Program-made: the position numbers and the translations under genes
Source: an uncultured Verrucomicrobiota bacterium
GTDB taxonomy: Bacteria; Verrucomicrobiota; Kiritimatiellia; CAJWTS01
DNA length: 64,000 nucleotides
Reading direction: 5' to 3'
Assembly (NCBI GenBank): GCA_913047795.1
Contig: CAJWTS010000001.1
Coordinates: 22,866-86,865 of the forward strand
Notes under the pieces: model-generated
Seen by the model: only the letters and a program-made list of their open reading frames with translations
Database searches by the model: none
What the model was told of the DNA's origin: nothing
Part shown: one piece after another, positions 1-8,502 of the stretch
Layout of the letters: the number at the start of each line of letters is the position of its first letter
Numbering within the stretch: the first letter of the stretch is position 1

Positions 1-1371
1 TACACCGAGTTTGGGAAATCGCGCCGCCAGGATGCTGCCTACGCGCGCGGACAGATAGCCAATCACCACCTGGGCAACGGCGCTATTGCGAAGTACGTCG
101 ACTGGGTGGCGCGCAACACGCCGCTCAACCCCGAGGCGGAGGACGCTGAGCTTGCCCAGCGAATCGCCATAGCGGACGATGTCGCTCGTCGCTGGAAAGG
201 CGGCAATTCCGCCGGCCGTGCACGAAGCAAATCAAGGCAGGTCCGGTTGCATCGCGAATACCTGGCCTATGTTCGCGCCACCCGGGAAGATTTCGAGGCG
301 GTCGACCGCGCCTGGGAGTGGCACCGCCGTCACATCGCGGCGGCCGCGCTTGCGGGCGTGTCGGAAAAGAAGGTTTCGCACGCGGATGCGCTGGCGTATC
401 TCGCGGAACGGATGGGCAAGAACGGGGATTGGGCGGTGCACCAGAAGGTGTTGTGGATGCACTTGCACCAGATCCGCGAGACCGGCGGGATTCGCTCGGC
501 GATCCAGGGCGCCATGGTCTTTGTTGATTCGTACAAAGGCGATCGCTGGCCACTTTACGATGCGTTGCTGGCGGCCACGCTCGCGGTCGACCGCGAGTCG
601 GCGCATGTTCCGCGTGTCGCCAATAAGGCGCTCGAATACGCGCACACCGTGAAGCGGCCCGATTCGCAATGGACTTGCTACAGTGGACTGATCGAGCGCT
701 TGCTGGGGCCCCTGGGCGAAGCGGCGATCTGTCAGATCGTACTCGCAAAGGCCAACGAATTTGTGCGGACATCACCGTTGGATGGCGATCGTGATACCCG
801 CCTGGTCTGGCTCTCCGATCAACTGAAGGCGAATGAGTTCTATAAACAGGCGCTACGCCAGTTGGAGCCGGTGACGCACGTGGCCTTGCGCGAGTTCAAG
901 CGTTACGGGATTGTCGGACCCTCGATGGGCGAGTGGAAGAAGGCAATCGACATCCTGATCACGGTCGAAAATACGAACGATGCGCATTACGAACCGTTGG
1001 CCCGTGAGGCGCGCGCGCAGGCGTATAAGCTTCAGCTGAAAGATTTTAAGAAGGCGATCGCGCTCTTTTACGAAATCAGCGATCCGCCGCGTACGCTTTG
1101 GGAGATCCAGGATTGCTACCTGCGCTGGGACCGGCTCAACGACGCCTGCAACACATTGAAGGAGATTGAATCGATGTTCCCGACACAAGCCGCACGTGCC
1201 GCCTGGACACGGACCTCGTATTATCACCGGCAGAAAATTCGACCCAAGACGATTGCTGAGGCACGCCGCATCCTGAAGATTTATCCCAAAACCCGCGAGT
1301 CGTCGCAGGCCCACCAGTTGCTGGAACGCTACGGCATTGCGACGGGCGGCGGTGTTCTGGAGGACGGATAG
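1..1371 (+). CDS. Hypothetical TPR-like protein, 5' partial. The frame is open from base 1; the listed ORF begins at an internal GTG at 106.
   Basis: The reading frame stays open from position 1 to the stop at 1371. The amino-acid composition is protein-like and not a GC shadow. Helical-repeat character continues into the next TPR gene, whose start abuts this stop (TAG then ATG at 1372). Confidence 0.4.
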   Translation, partial: YTEFGKSRRQDAAYARGQIANHHLGNGAIAKYVDWVARNTPLNPEAEDAELAQRIAIADDVARRWKGGNSAGRARSKSRQVRLHREYLAYVRATREDFEAVDRAWEWHRRHIAAAALAGVSEKKVSHADALAYLAERMGKNGDWAVHQKVLWMHLHQIRETGGIRSAIQGAMVFVDSYKGDRWPLYDALLAATLAVDRESAHVPRVANKALEYAHTVKRPDSQWTCYSGLIERLLGPLGEAAICQIVLAKANEFVRTSPLDGDRDTRLVWLSDQLKANEFYKQALRQLEPVTHVALREFKRYGIVGPSMGEWKKAIDILITVENTNDAHYEPLAREARAQAYKLQLKDFKKAIALFYEISDPPRTLWEIQDCYLRWDRLNDACNTLKEIESMFPTQAARAAWTRTSYYHRQKIRPKTIAEARRILKIYPKTRESSQAHQLLERYGIATGGGVLEDG

Positions 1372-3591
1372 ATGATGAGGATATCCGATTTGCACCGGGT
1401 TCTGATCCTGGCCGCCATCGCGGCGACGGCTGTCGTTGCGGCACCGGAGAAGCCGGAGCGCGGGAACGAGGAGTATCGTGCGTATTCGCTCTACAAGCGT
1501 GCGTTGGGCTATCTCGAGACCAAGAATGATGATCAGGCGGAACAGTTGCTGGCGGACATTCCGCGCTTGTTTCCCAAGACGTCTGTGCGTTTCAGGGCGC
1601 GCCTGGCACTGGGCGCCCATTTCGTGCAGACCCGCCGCTTTCCCGAGGCGATCGAGCAATTCCGCGCGCTGAAAGCGTCGGACGAGCCCGATCAGCGTGC
1701 CGAGGCGCTGTATCGCATGGGGATTTGTCATTACGAGATGAATGCGTACGACCAGGCCTTTGTTTCCCTGCGACAGGTGACCACGACCTATCCCTGGAGT
1801 GTCTGGGCCAACGAATCGTACTACTACATCGGCCTCTGCCATTTTCAACTCAAGCGCTGGACGCGCGCCTACGAGGCCCTGAAGCGAGTCGGCCTCAGCG
1901 TCGCTCCCAACCAGGAGCACACGAGCGCGGAAGCCGGGCAGCGACTCTGGATCAAAGTCGCCGATAAGGACCTGGTGTCGGTTCTTCGAACGGATTCCAA
2001 CGGCGTTCCGGTAACCGTGCAGGTCTTGAGTGGCGATCGCGAAGTTTTGCTCCTGCGGCGCAACAACGAAGAGGCCACCGAGAGTATCGCCTCGATCGAG
2101 ACCACGCCGGGCGCACCGGTGCCGGACGACGGGCGGCTGCAACTGATCGGAAACGATCTTGTGACGGTGACCTATGTTGACGAGACGACGGGTGACGGCG
2201 TGCATGACCATAAGGTCGTGGCCTCGATCCGCATGGTGTCCACAGCCGCGGCGGGATTCACGGATGGCGCATATCGCGATTACGCCGACGGCTTGTTCGG
2301 CAACCAGGCGGCCTTTGTCCGCGTCAAGGATCTCGACGAGAACACGACACCGATGCGCGACACGGTTCGGGTGCGTGTTGCAACGGCGTATCGACGCGCG
2401 ATCGAGGAGACCGCGCCGGACGATTTCGCGTCATCCGAACCGATCGACCCCTACGTTGAGCGCGATGTTGTGTTCGTCAATTTGACGGAGAGCGAGAAAC
2501 ACAGCGGGATCTTTCACGGCATGGTCGTGCCGGCTCTGGTGACGAACGAGGTCGACGGCGTGGCGCTGACGCCCGCGCAGTTGGCGCGGTTGATCAATCA
2601 AAAGGACGACATCCTGACGGCGATTGCGGGTGACCGGATTACGATGGAATATGTGGACACGTTGCATCTCGAAGGCGAAGAATCGCGCGCCCTCTCGTAT
2701 TCCACGATCGTCCTGTCCGCTCGCCGGCAGGACGTCGAAGCCACGCAGTGGGTGGTGCGCGATCAGGATCTTCGCGCGCGGAAGAACATTGTTGAAGCCC
2801 AGATCTTTCTGAAGCTCGGCCAGATCTTCAAGGAGGTGGGCTTGCAGGCCAAGGCCGTCGAGAAGGCGTCGCTGGGATTGGACCGCGTGGATGTCGTGAT
2901 TCGCCAGGGCCTGGATCGCAGTGTCGAACGCGTCCTGGTCGAGGAGGCCTTCAGTATCAAGTGGGATCTGCAACTCGTGCAGGATCGACTGCGCGATGCC
3001 GTCACGACCTGTAATGCCCTGCTCAAGCTTTTCCCCGAGTCCACTGTGGCGGACAAGGCGCTACTTAAGATCGGTATCGCGAAGCTGCAGTCAGATTATC
3101 CCGACGAATGGGAAGATGCCGCGTCTGTTTTCCGCTCGATTCAGCGCCTGAAGACATCCGACTTGAAGGCCGAGGCCCAGTTCCGCCTGGCGGAGACGCT
3201 GGAGAAGATCGGGTACGAACGACAGAAGGACGCCGAGAACCCCACGATCAGTTCGGCGGCTATCGTGGCGTACCGCACCTGTGCGAACCGTTGGCCGGAC
3301 ACGGTATTTGCCGGGCTTGCGCTGGAGAAGATCGTGCAGTTCTACATCGACTCCGAGGATTATACGCGCGCGATCGATATGATGGAGATGGTTTTTCAGG
3401 ATTTCGAGGATGCGGCGTTTCTGGATGTGATGCTGCTCAAGTGGGCCATCGCCGCACATCGATTGGGCCATCGCCAGATTGCCCTGGAGAAATTACACCG
3501 CCTGATCGCGGAGTATTCGGACTCGAAAGTCATTCGCACGGCGGTGCGCTTTCGCGAACGGCTTGAACGTGCCGATGTCGGAATGAAATAA
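1372..3591 (+). CDS. Secreted tetratricopeptide-repeat (TPR) protein
   Basis: N-terminal signal peptide (MMRISDLHRVLILAAIAATAVVAAP). Many TPR-like helical repeats, for example AEALYRMGICHYEMNAYDQAF, ESYYYIGLCHFQLKRWTRAYEAL and DKALLKIGIAKLQSDY. 739 aa. Confidence 0.6.
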   Translation: MMRISDLHRVLILAAIAATAVVAAPEKPERGNEEYRAYSLYKRALGYLETKNDDQAEQLLADIPRLFPKTSVRFRARLALGAHFVQTRRFPEAIEQFRALKASDEPDQRAEALYRMGICHYEMNAYDQAFVSLRQVTTTYPWSVWANESYYYIGLCHFQLKRWTRAYEALKRVGLSVAPNQEHTSAEAGQRLWIKVADKDLVSVLRTDSNGVPVTVQVLSGDREVLLLRRNNEEATESIASIETTPGAPVPDDGRLQLIGNDLVTVTYVDETTGDGVHDHKVVASIRMVSTAAAGFTDGAYRDYADGLFGNQAAFVRVKDLDENTTPMRDTVRVRVATAYRRAIEETAPDDFASSEPIDPYVERDVVFVNLTESEKHSGIFHGMVVPALVTNEVDGVALTPAQLARLINQKDDILTAIAGDRITMEYVDTLHLEGEESRALSYSTIVLSARRQDVEATQWVVRDQDLRARKNIVEAQIFLKLGQIFKEVGLQAKAVEKASLGLDRVDVVIRQGLDRSVERVLVEEAFSIKWDLQLVQDRLRDAVTTCNALLKLFPESTVADKALLKIGIAKLQSDYPDEWEDAASVFRSIQRLKTSDLKAEAQFRLAETLEKIGYERQKDAENPTISSAAIVAYRTCANRWPDTVFAGLALEKIVQFYIDSEDYTRAIDMMEMVFQDFEDAAFLDVMLLKWAIAAHRLGHRQIALEKLHRLIAEYSDSKVIRTAVRFRERLERADVGMK

Positions 3592-3635
3592 TCAACGCGT
3601 CGGGCGCGGACCCGTCGAGAGGGAGAATAGACAAG

Positions 3636-4277
3636 ATGCTGCAGTATATTCTGGATGGTGGAGTCATGATGGTGCCGCTGCTGGCGCTTTCGATTCTTGC
3701 GGTAGCGGTCATTATCGACCGCCTACGTGTTTTTCGACTGGCCGATGTCGATAACGACGCGATGCGGGAACGAATTCATACTGGTTTGCGCGGCGGGGCC
3801 ACGGGCGAAGCCGTGCAGGCTTGTCGTGACTTCGAGGGACCGGCCGCGGCCGTGATGCTCGTGGGCCTGCAAGGCTATGACGAGATTAACAGTCGCGGAC
3901 GCGCGCGCGACGAGGTCGAGACCTTCGTCGCGCAGTCCATGCAGGACTATGCACCCCACGTTCTCGACTTGCTGGAGCAACGCTTGAACATCCTGGCGAT
4001 GGTTGGAACCGCGGCGCCCTTGATCGGCATGACCGGCACGGTGGTGGGTATGATCATGTCCTTCAATAGCATGGCCCAGGTTGGCGGATTAGATGCCGGT
4101 GCCGTGGCAAGCGGTATCTCGCTGGCATTGGTGACGACTGCGGCGGGGCTGATCATCGCAATTCCATCGGTGATTTATCACAACGTCTTCTCGCGCAAAG
4201 TGGATCGCCACCGGTTGCAGATCGAGGAATCGGCGAACGCGCTGATCCGATTCATCGCGCTGGAGTCGCGCCCCTAG
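3636..4277 (+). CDS. exbB: MotA/TolQ/ExbB proton-channel family protein
   Basis: Three TM helices. Conserved C-terminal core LIGMTGTVVGMIMSFNSMAQ...ALVTTAAGLIIAIPSVIYHNVF is typical of ExbB/TolQ. Confidence 0.85.
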   Translation: MLQYILDGGVMMVPLLALSILAVAVIIDRLRVFRLADVDNDAMRERIHTGLRGGATGEAVQACRDFEGPAAAVMLVGLQGYDEINSRGRARDEVETFVAQSMQDYAPHVLDLLEQRLNILAMVGTAAPLIGMTGTVVGMIMSFNSMAQVGGLDAGAVASGISLALVTTAAGLIIAIPSVIYHNVFSRKVDRHRLQIEESANALIRFIALESRP

Positions 4278-4293
4278 GCCGCGGCCGAATATC

Positions 4294-4731
4294 GTGAAGT
4301 TACGACCTCCAATTGTCACGCGGGCGAAGCCGACGCCCGAAATCGACATGGTTTCGTTTTCGGATATTGCGTTCCTGCTGATCATCTTCTTTATTTTGAC
4401 CACCACCTTCGTTCGCAACTACGGTCAGGACCTGGACCTGCCATCGGGCACCCGCGACACGCGCGAGGAGCGCGATGGCGTGACGACAATCACGATTTCA
4501 CCGGATGAGCTTTACTATAACGACGAGGAAGAGCCGGTGACATTGAAGGATCTCCGGCAACGCCTGCAGGCACAGCAGTTTGCGGCGCGGCCGGCGGCCG
4601 AGCGTATCGTACTGGTCGAGAGCGCACCATCGGTGCTCTGTGAGAAGTATTACCGGGTGGTCGCTGCCGTTGCGAACGCGGGCGGTGTGCTGGCGATGCT
4701 CGAAGAAGAACGCGAGGGCGAGGGCAAATGA
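4294..4731 (+). CDS. exbD: Biopolymer transport protein ExbD/TolR
   Basis: N-terminal motif PEIDMVSFSDIAFLLIIFFILTTTF (conserved D in the TM helix) followed by a periplasmic domain. The stop overlaps the next start (ATGA at 4728-4731). Confidence 0.8.
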   Translation: MKLRPPIVTRAKPTPEIDMVSFSDIAFLLIIFFILTTTFVRNYGQDLDLPSGTRDTREERDGVTTITISPDELYYNDEEEPVTLKDLRQRLQAQQFAARPAAERIVLVESAPSVLCEKYYRVVAAVANAGGVLAMLEEEREGEGK

Positions 4732-5129
4732 GACTAGCGCAACGCAGCAGGATCCTGCCTCGTGTCCCCCTTGCGCCGATGGGCGATATCGCGTTCCTGC
4801 TGATCATTTTTTTCATGGTGACGTCGGTCTTTATCCGGGAAGCCCACCTCGAGGTGACCCTGCCGGAGGCGGCGGAGATCGAGCGCCTGCGCGACGCGCA
4901 TGTGTCGGTCACCATGGATCGCGACGGGAAGCTGTGGTTACAGGGGGAGCCCTGCGGCGTCCAAGAACTACTGCTGCGACTCGACACCGAACTGGGCACG
5001 CGTGTTGACAAGACTGTGATGTTGAAGATCGATAAGGATGTTCACCAGGCGAGTTTTGCGCCCTTGTTGCGCATCCTGAGCGAAACGGGAGCGCGGATCG
5101 CCTGGCTGGGGCAGGACCGCCGGTACTAA
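4728..5129 (+). CDS. exbD: Biopolymer transport protein ExbD/TolR (second copy)
   Basis: PMGDIAFLLIIFFMVTSVF TM motif, paralogous to the upstream ExbD. Translationally coupled to it. Confidence 0.8.
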   Translation: MRLAQRSRILPRVPLAPMGDIAFLLIIFFMVTSVFIREAHLEVTLPEAAEIERLRDAHVSVTMDRDGKLWLQGEPCGVQELLLRLDTELGTRVDKTVMLKIDKDVHQASFAPLLRILSETGARIAWLGQDRRY

Positions 5130-5156
5130 CCAACCCTGCCATGTGAAGGAGAGCCA

Positions 5157-5552
5157 ATGACAAACGAACAGAACGTTGATCCGGGTGATTTGGTGCAGGG
5201 CCTTCGTGCGGGGCAGCCGCTGTCCGGTGCGCTGGTCAAGTCCCTCGTCATCCATGGCGCGGTTGTCCTCCTGACGTCGATACCGTATCTGGCCAAAGTG
5301 TTGCACTATGGATCCTTCGACATTCGCGCTGCCGCCGCTGTCGAGCAGGCGGTTACGGATGCATCTCCGGCGCCCGCAAAAACCGCAACCGACGCGGAGA
5401 CGAAGCCGGCCATCCAGGCGGATGACGCTCCGTCTGCGCCGGCCGCCGACATGGATAAACCTGTCGTGCCTGACGCGCCGTCTGCCGGCGAGGTGAGCCG
5501 CGAAAAACCCGCCGATTCGAGTATGAATGTCGATGATGAGTATGGCCTCTAG
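5157..5552 (+). CDS. Single-pass membrane protein with a Pro/Ala-rich periplasmic tail. It resembles the TonB N-terminal anchor and spacer but lacks the TonB C-terminal domain.
   Basis: RBS GGAGAG 7 nt upstream of the ATG. One TM helix (LVKSLVIHGAVVLLTSIPYLA), then a spacer of the form AxxAPAPAKTATDAETKPA...APSAPAADMDKPVVPDAPSA. Only 131 aa. Confidence 0.45.
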   Translation: MTNEQNVDPGDLVQGLRAGQPLSGALVKSLVIHGAVVLLTSIPYLAKVLHYGSFDIRAAAAVEQAVTDASPAPAKTATDAETKPAIQADDAPSAPAADMDKPVVPDAPSAGEVSREKPADSSMNVDDEYGL

Positions 5553-5555
5553 TCG

Positions 5556-7187
5556 GTGAACATGTGGCCCTACGTCACCAGCGCTTTCTACGCGATTGCG
5601 GAACAGGTCCACCGCGCGACGGTCGCGGTGCTGACGGTGTTGGCGCGTGCTGCGGACCGCGTCATGCGGCATGTGCCGTGGGTATGGCGGCTGGCCGGTC
5701 TTTCTGCGTTGACCGGCGCGCTGCACCTCTTCGCCGGATTCCGGATCGAGCGCGCCTGGCCGGCCCTTTTCGAAGTTACGGCCGAGCAGCTTAGCGTATT
5801 GTCCAGGGCCGGGTGGATCGAGTCGTTGCGGATTGCGGCGGCCTGTTCGGTCGTTTTGGGCGCGTACAGCATCGCCATCGCCCCGCTCGGTATCCTTCGC
5901 CGCCGCTGGGTTCTGACACTGTACAAGATCGCTGCGGCGGCCAACGCGGTGCTGTCGGTCGTCTTTCTGCACCTGCTTCTTTCCGGGCCCGGCGTTCTGC
6001 TACGGGATGTCCAGGACTTTTCTCGGTTCGTTCGCAACGAGATGTGGCTGGGCGGCCTTGCGATCTGGTTGCCGTTTGGATTTGTTGCCGCGCTGTTCCT
6101 GGTGAGCCTGCTCTGCCGCGGGGCGACGCAGGCGATGGACACCGCGGTCGAGGCACCCGATTGGGGGGATCGCTTTTTTGCCGACATTCGCGAAGGCGGC
6201 GAGGATCCGCGCTACCGCTCCTCGTCATATTGGGCCGGGTTCCTGCATCTTTTTGTGCTCGTGCTGGTCCCGCTGATGATGCGCGGCTGCGGTTGGGAGG
6301 CGCCCTATACCCTGCCCGAAGGCGCCGGCAGCGAGATGATCGTGATGAAGATGAAGAAAATCAAGAAGCCGATCGAACGCGACAAGCTGATCTTGTCGAT
6401 GGACACCGATATTCTCTACTACCAGCCCGACCCGGACGAGAGCGATATCCTGCGGGAGACGGATGTCGAAACCGAACATGAATACGTGGCGCAGGGCGTC
6501 GAGGGGCGCCTGGGCGCGGATGGCGAGGCTGGAGGTTGGCGCAGTGTCTTCAGTGGGCGGGTACGGTTTATCCGGCTCGTATATTCCGGGGGCGACTGGG
6601 ACCAGGATCTCGCGGCGGGCGCCGATCGCAACATGCTGCGCAAATTCAAGGAGGTCACCGGGTATGCGGTCGCACGCCGGACCGAACAGATTGCCGTCAA
6701 CCGCCTGCGGTTTTTCCCAAAAGGCGGCGAACCGCCCTTTGTTTTTATGACGGGCATGGGAGGCGTGAATCTGTCGCGGCACGAGGCCCGCGTCCTGCGC
6801 GATTACTGCCTGCGTGCCGGTGGAATGATTGTCGCGGACAACGGCGGCGGATCGTTTAACGCCAGTTTCCGGGCAGCCATGCGCCGGGTCTTTCCCGATA
6901 AGGAGTGGATCATGTTATCGAACGACGATCCGGTTTTTCGCTATCCTTTTCTGTTTCCTGATGGCGCTCCGCCGCTGTGGCATCACAGTGGGCGCAAGGC
7001 CGTCGGGCTGCGGCACAACGGGCGGCTGATCTGCTTCTACCACCAGGGGGACCTGAACGATGCCTGGAAGGACGGACATTCCGGTGTGAGCGACGGGTTG
7101 GCCAACCAGGCGTACAAACTCGGAATCAACCTGATCTACTACGCGTTCAAGCACTACACCAGTCGCCAGCGGGACGACGTCGACTGA
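5556..7187 (+). CDS. Multi-TM membrane protein with a C-terminal DUF4159-like domain
   Basis: N-terminal ~260 aa has several hydrophobic helices. The C-terminal region carries RFIRLVYSGGDWDQD...FVFMTGMGGVNLS...GGMIVADNGGGSF...LICFYHQGDLNDAW, which resembles the DUF4159 family (GG-W motif). Start is GTG 5556 or ATG 5562. Confidence 0.55.
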   Translation: MNMWPYVTSAFYAIAEQVHRATVAVLTVLARAADRVMRHVPWVWRLAGLSALTGALHLFAGFRIERAWPALFEVTAEQLSVLSRAGWIESLRIAAACSVVLGAYSIAIAPLGILRRRWVLTLYKIAAAANAVLSVVFLHLLLSGPGVLLRDVQDFSRFVRNEMWLGGLAIWLPFGFVAALFLVSLLCRGATQAMDTAVEAPDWGDRFFADIREGGEDPRYRSSSYWAGFLHLFVLVLVPLMMRGCGWEAPYTLPEGAGSEMIVMKMKKIKKPIERDKLILSMDTDILYYQPDPDESDILRETDVETEHEYVAQGVEGRLGADGEAGGWRSVFSGRVRFIRLVYSGGDWDQDLAAGADRNMLRKFKEVTGYAVARRTEQIAVNRLRFFPKGGEPPFVFMTGMGGVNLSRHEARVLRDYCLRAGGMIVADNGGGSFNASFRAAMRRVFPDKEWIMLSNDDPVFRYPFLFPDGAPPLWHHSGRKAVGLRHNGRLICFYHQGDLNDAWKDGHSGVSDGLANQAYKLGINLIYYAFKHYTSRQRDDVD

Positions 7188-7245
7188 GGCGACATTCTGC
7201 GCCCGTCAGCCCAGGCGGCGGTCAACCGTTCCGAACGGAACGCCG

Positions 7246-8442
7246 TCAGGCCTTGATGCAGTCCAGCGGCTGAATGTTCTTGCCGCCGCGCGCGAAGTCG
7301 AAACCGAGGTTCCACCAACGCCGCGAGATCGTCTCGTACAGACAGCGATAATCGAGAGTGTGGTTCATGTCGCCGTCCTTGCGCAAATCCTTGAGCGAAG
7401 GCTGGTGGCCGAAGAAGCCGCCCTTGACCTTGCCGCCCAGGATGAAGTGCGGTGCGCTGGTCCCGTGATCGGTCCCCATGCTGCCGTTCTCCTTCACGCG
7501 ACGTCCGAACTCGGAGTAGGTCATGACCATCACCTTGTCCCAGAGGCCGGCGACTTTCATGGACGACTTGAACGCCGAGATACCGTCGTTCAACTGCGAG
7601 AGTAGTTGTTGGTGACGGTTGGCCTGTCCGGAATGGGTATCGAATCCACCGATCGAAACCTTGATAGCCGCAAAGGGAATCTTCGATACAACCATGTCGG
7701 CGACAAGATTCATCTGTTGGCCGAAGCCATCGTTGCCGAATTCCACCGGGTGCTCCGGCGGCTCTTTCATGCGTGCGCGCAGCATTTCAACGGCCTTTGT
7801 CAGGTCGTTCTCCACGCCCATGATATGCGCGAGGGCGTCGGTCGGGCCCTTGCCCGTGCTTTCGCGCGTATCCTGCGCGCGTTCGATGAATTCTTTTGCG
7901 TCTCGCATAATCAGGCTGCGAATCCCGCGACCGCGCAGCGGGCCGGCATCGCCGCGCCCGATCACGATTCCGTCCGCGACGTTCTCGTCCGGACTCGGGT
8001 TCTCCTGGAACATGCGGGTCAACCAGCCTTCACCCATATACTCATCGCTGTTTGCTGCGGTGTGCCAGATGTCGATCGAGCGGAAATGCGAACGGTTCGG
8101 GTTTTCATAGCCGCAGCCGAGCGCGACCGCCAGTTCGTCGTTACGCCACGACTGATGGAGACTGGCCAACGCCGGGTGCAATCCGAGTTTTTCGTCAAGG
8201 CGCAGCACGCCGTCCCGGTCGAAAGCGATATTTGGCCGAAATTCTTTGTATAGCGGGTCGGCGTATGGAATGACCGTATTCAGCCCGTCATTCCCACCCT
8301 TGAGTTCGATCAGGACCAGGATACGGTCCCAGTTGGGTGTTGATTTGAATGCGGAATCGGCTGTGGCGGCAAACAGGGACGGGGCCCAGATTGCCAGTGG
8401 TGCCGCGGACAGTGTCTTCATGAAGTCGCGTCGTTCGATCAT
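7246..8442 (-). CDS. DUF1501 family protein (Tat-secreted, sulfatase-like fold)
   Basis: Twin-arginine signal MIERRDFMKTLSAAPLAIWAPSLFAA. The body shows LIELKGGNDGLNTVIPY...GFDTH...TYSEFGRR...GTDHG, which is characteristic of DUF1501. Confidence 0.85.
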   Translation of the reverse strand: MIERRDFMKTLSAAPLAIWAPSLFAATADSAFKSTPNWDRILVLIELKGGNDGLNTVIPYADPLYKEFRPNIAFDRDGVLRLDEKLGLHPALASLHQSWRNDELAVALGCGYENPNRSHFRSIDIWHTAANSDEYMGEGWLTRMFQENPSPDENVADGIVIGRGDAGPLRGRGIRSLIMRDAKEFIERAQDTRESTGKGPTDALAHIMGVENDLTKAVEMLRARMKEPPEHPVEFGNDGFGQQMNLVADMVVSKIPFAAIKVSIGGFDTHSGQANRHQQLLSQLNDGISAFKSSMKVAGLWDKVMVMTYSEFGRRVKENGSMGTDHGTSAPHFILGGKVKGGFFGHQPSLKDLRKDGDMNHTLDYRCLYETISRRWWNLGFDFARGGKNIQPLDCIKA

Positions 8443-8502
8443 CGTATTGTCTCCGGTGTTGGCGTCACCCCGTCCGCGAGTCGGGCAGGATGGCTCATTC
8501 GC

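Noticed and set aside
125-2211. Antisense ORFs 125-775(-) and 853-2211(-) opposite the TPR genes
   Set aside because: Arg/Pro/Gly-rich shadow composition and no motifs. The sense-strand TPR proteins are clearly the real genes.
5157-5552. Calling this gene tonB
   Set aside because: It has only the N-terminal anchor and a Pro/Ala-rich spacer. At 131 aa it is too short to contain the ~90-aa TonB C-terminal domain, so it is annotated as TonB-like only.
4968-5972. 334-aa antisense ORF over the exbD, TonB-like and DUF4159 genes
   Set aside because: It overlaps three well-supported sense genes, and its composition (R/G/D/Q-rich) is shadow-like.
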